A DNA stretch of 63,705 nt, the filler included. It is 4 parts of 4 records of this genome, joined end to end, with 100 filler letters (N's around TTAATTAATTAA, not from the genome) between each part and the next. Parts side by side here need not be neighbours in the genome. Positions count along the whole stretch, not along the records: positions 58,620 to 63,705 come from DRR723986_5072; 3 more parts are not named here. One strand, 5' to 3'. The position numbers and the translations under genes are program-made. Of the stretch, positions 63,540 through 63,705 are shown in pieces. How positions within the stretch are numbered: the stretch's first letter is position 1; every line of letters begins with the position of its first letter. The notes under the pieces are model-generated. The model was not told the DNA's origin. It did no database searches and saw only the letters and a list, made by a program, of their open reading frames with translations.

Positions 63540-63705
63540 TCAGTAGAGAACGGAAATGTCAGCGGCGGTCAGCTCACTGGCCGGCTGGTCCAGGGCAATC
63601 TGGCCGTCCTGAATACCGATGATGCGGGTACAGTGTGCCAGAGCCATCTCCACATCGTGCAGGGCAACAATACTGGTGGTGAATTGATTGGTAAGCATGG
63701 TCATC
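63540..63705 (-). CDS. PhnC-like ABC ATPase, 3' end (partial)
   Basis: Reads ...SIVALHDVEMALAHCTRIIGIQDGQI...* and contains the H-loop. Confidence 0.8.
   Translation of the reverse strand, partial: MTMLTNQFTTSIVALHDVEMALAHCTRIIGIQDGQIALDQPASELTAADISVLY

Overview
The window is not one locus. It is four unrelated contigs joined by artificial 100-bp N-spacers containing TTAATTAATTAA. Taxonomic calls below are inferred from gene content and composition. (1) 1-28628, Planctomycetes-like: cysK, larC, imuA-imuB without an adjacent dnaE2, two DUF1592/DUF1552 gene pairs, a Tat-type FAD oxidoreductase, an FGE/SUMF1-fold protein, pyrH, a redoxin/heme-c/monooxygenase-like/EF-hand fusion, an MMPL transporter, rsgA, a tRNA-Met(CAT), a class II DAHP synthase and several REP-like repeats. 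(2) 28729-42725, high-GC Rhodobacteraceae-like housekeeping region: purH end, lspA, an M16 peptidase pair, DUF2252, dapA, a lytic transglycosylase, a DMT transporter, split mnmD/mnmC-like genes and MaoC. (3) 42826-58519, marine gammaproteobacterium: TonB-dependent receptor, fabV, MATE, ald, and a steroid C/D-ring (HIP) catabolic cluster (fadD3-like, ipdAB, ipdC, echA20, acyl-CoA dehydrogenase pair). The cluster contains two tandem Lrp/AsnC regulators, and an identical 14-bp motif lies upstream of both fadD3-like and ipdA. (4) 58620-63705, Marinobacter-like ABC transporters and hypothetical genes. The best candidate for something undescribed is Lrp-pair regulation of the steroid cluster. I saw no CRISPR array, transposase, integrase or defence system.
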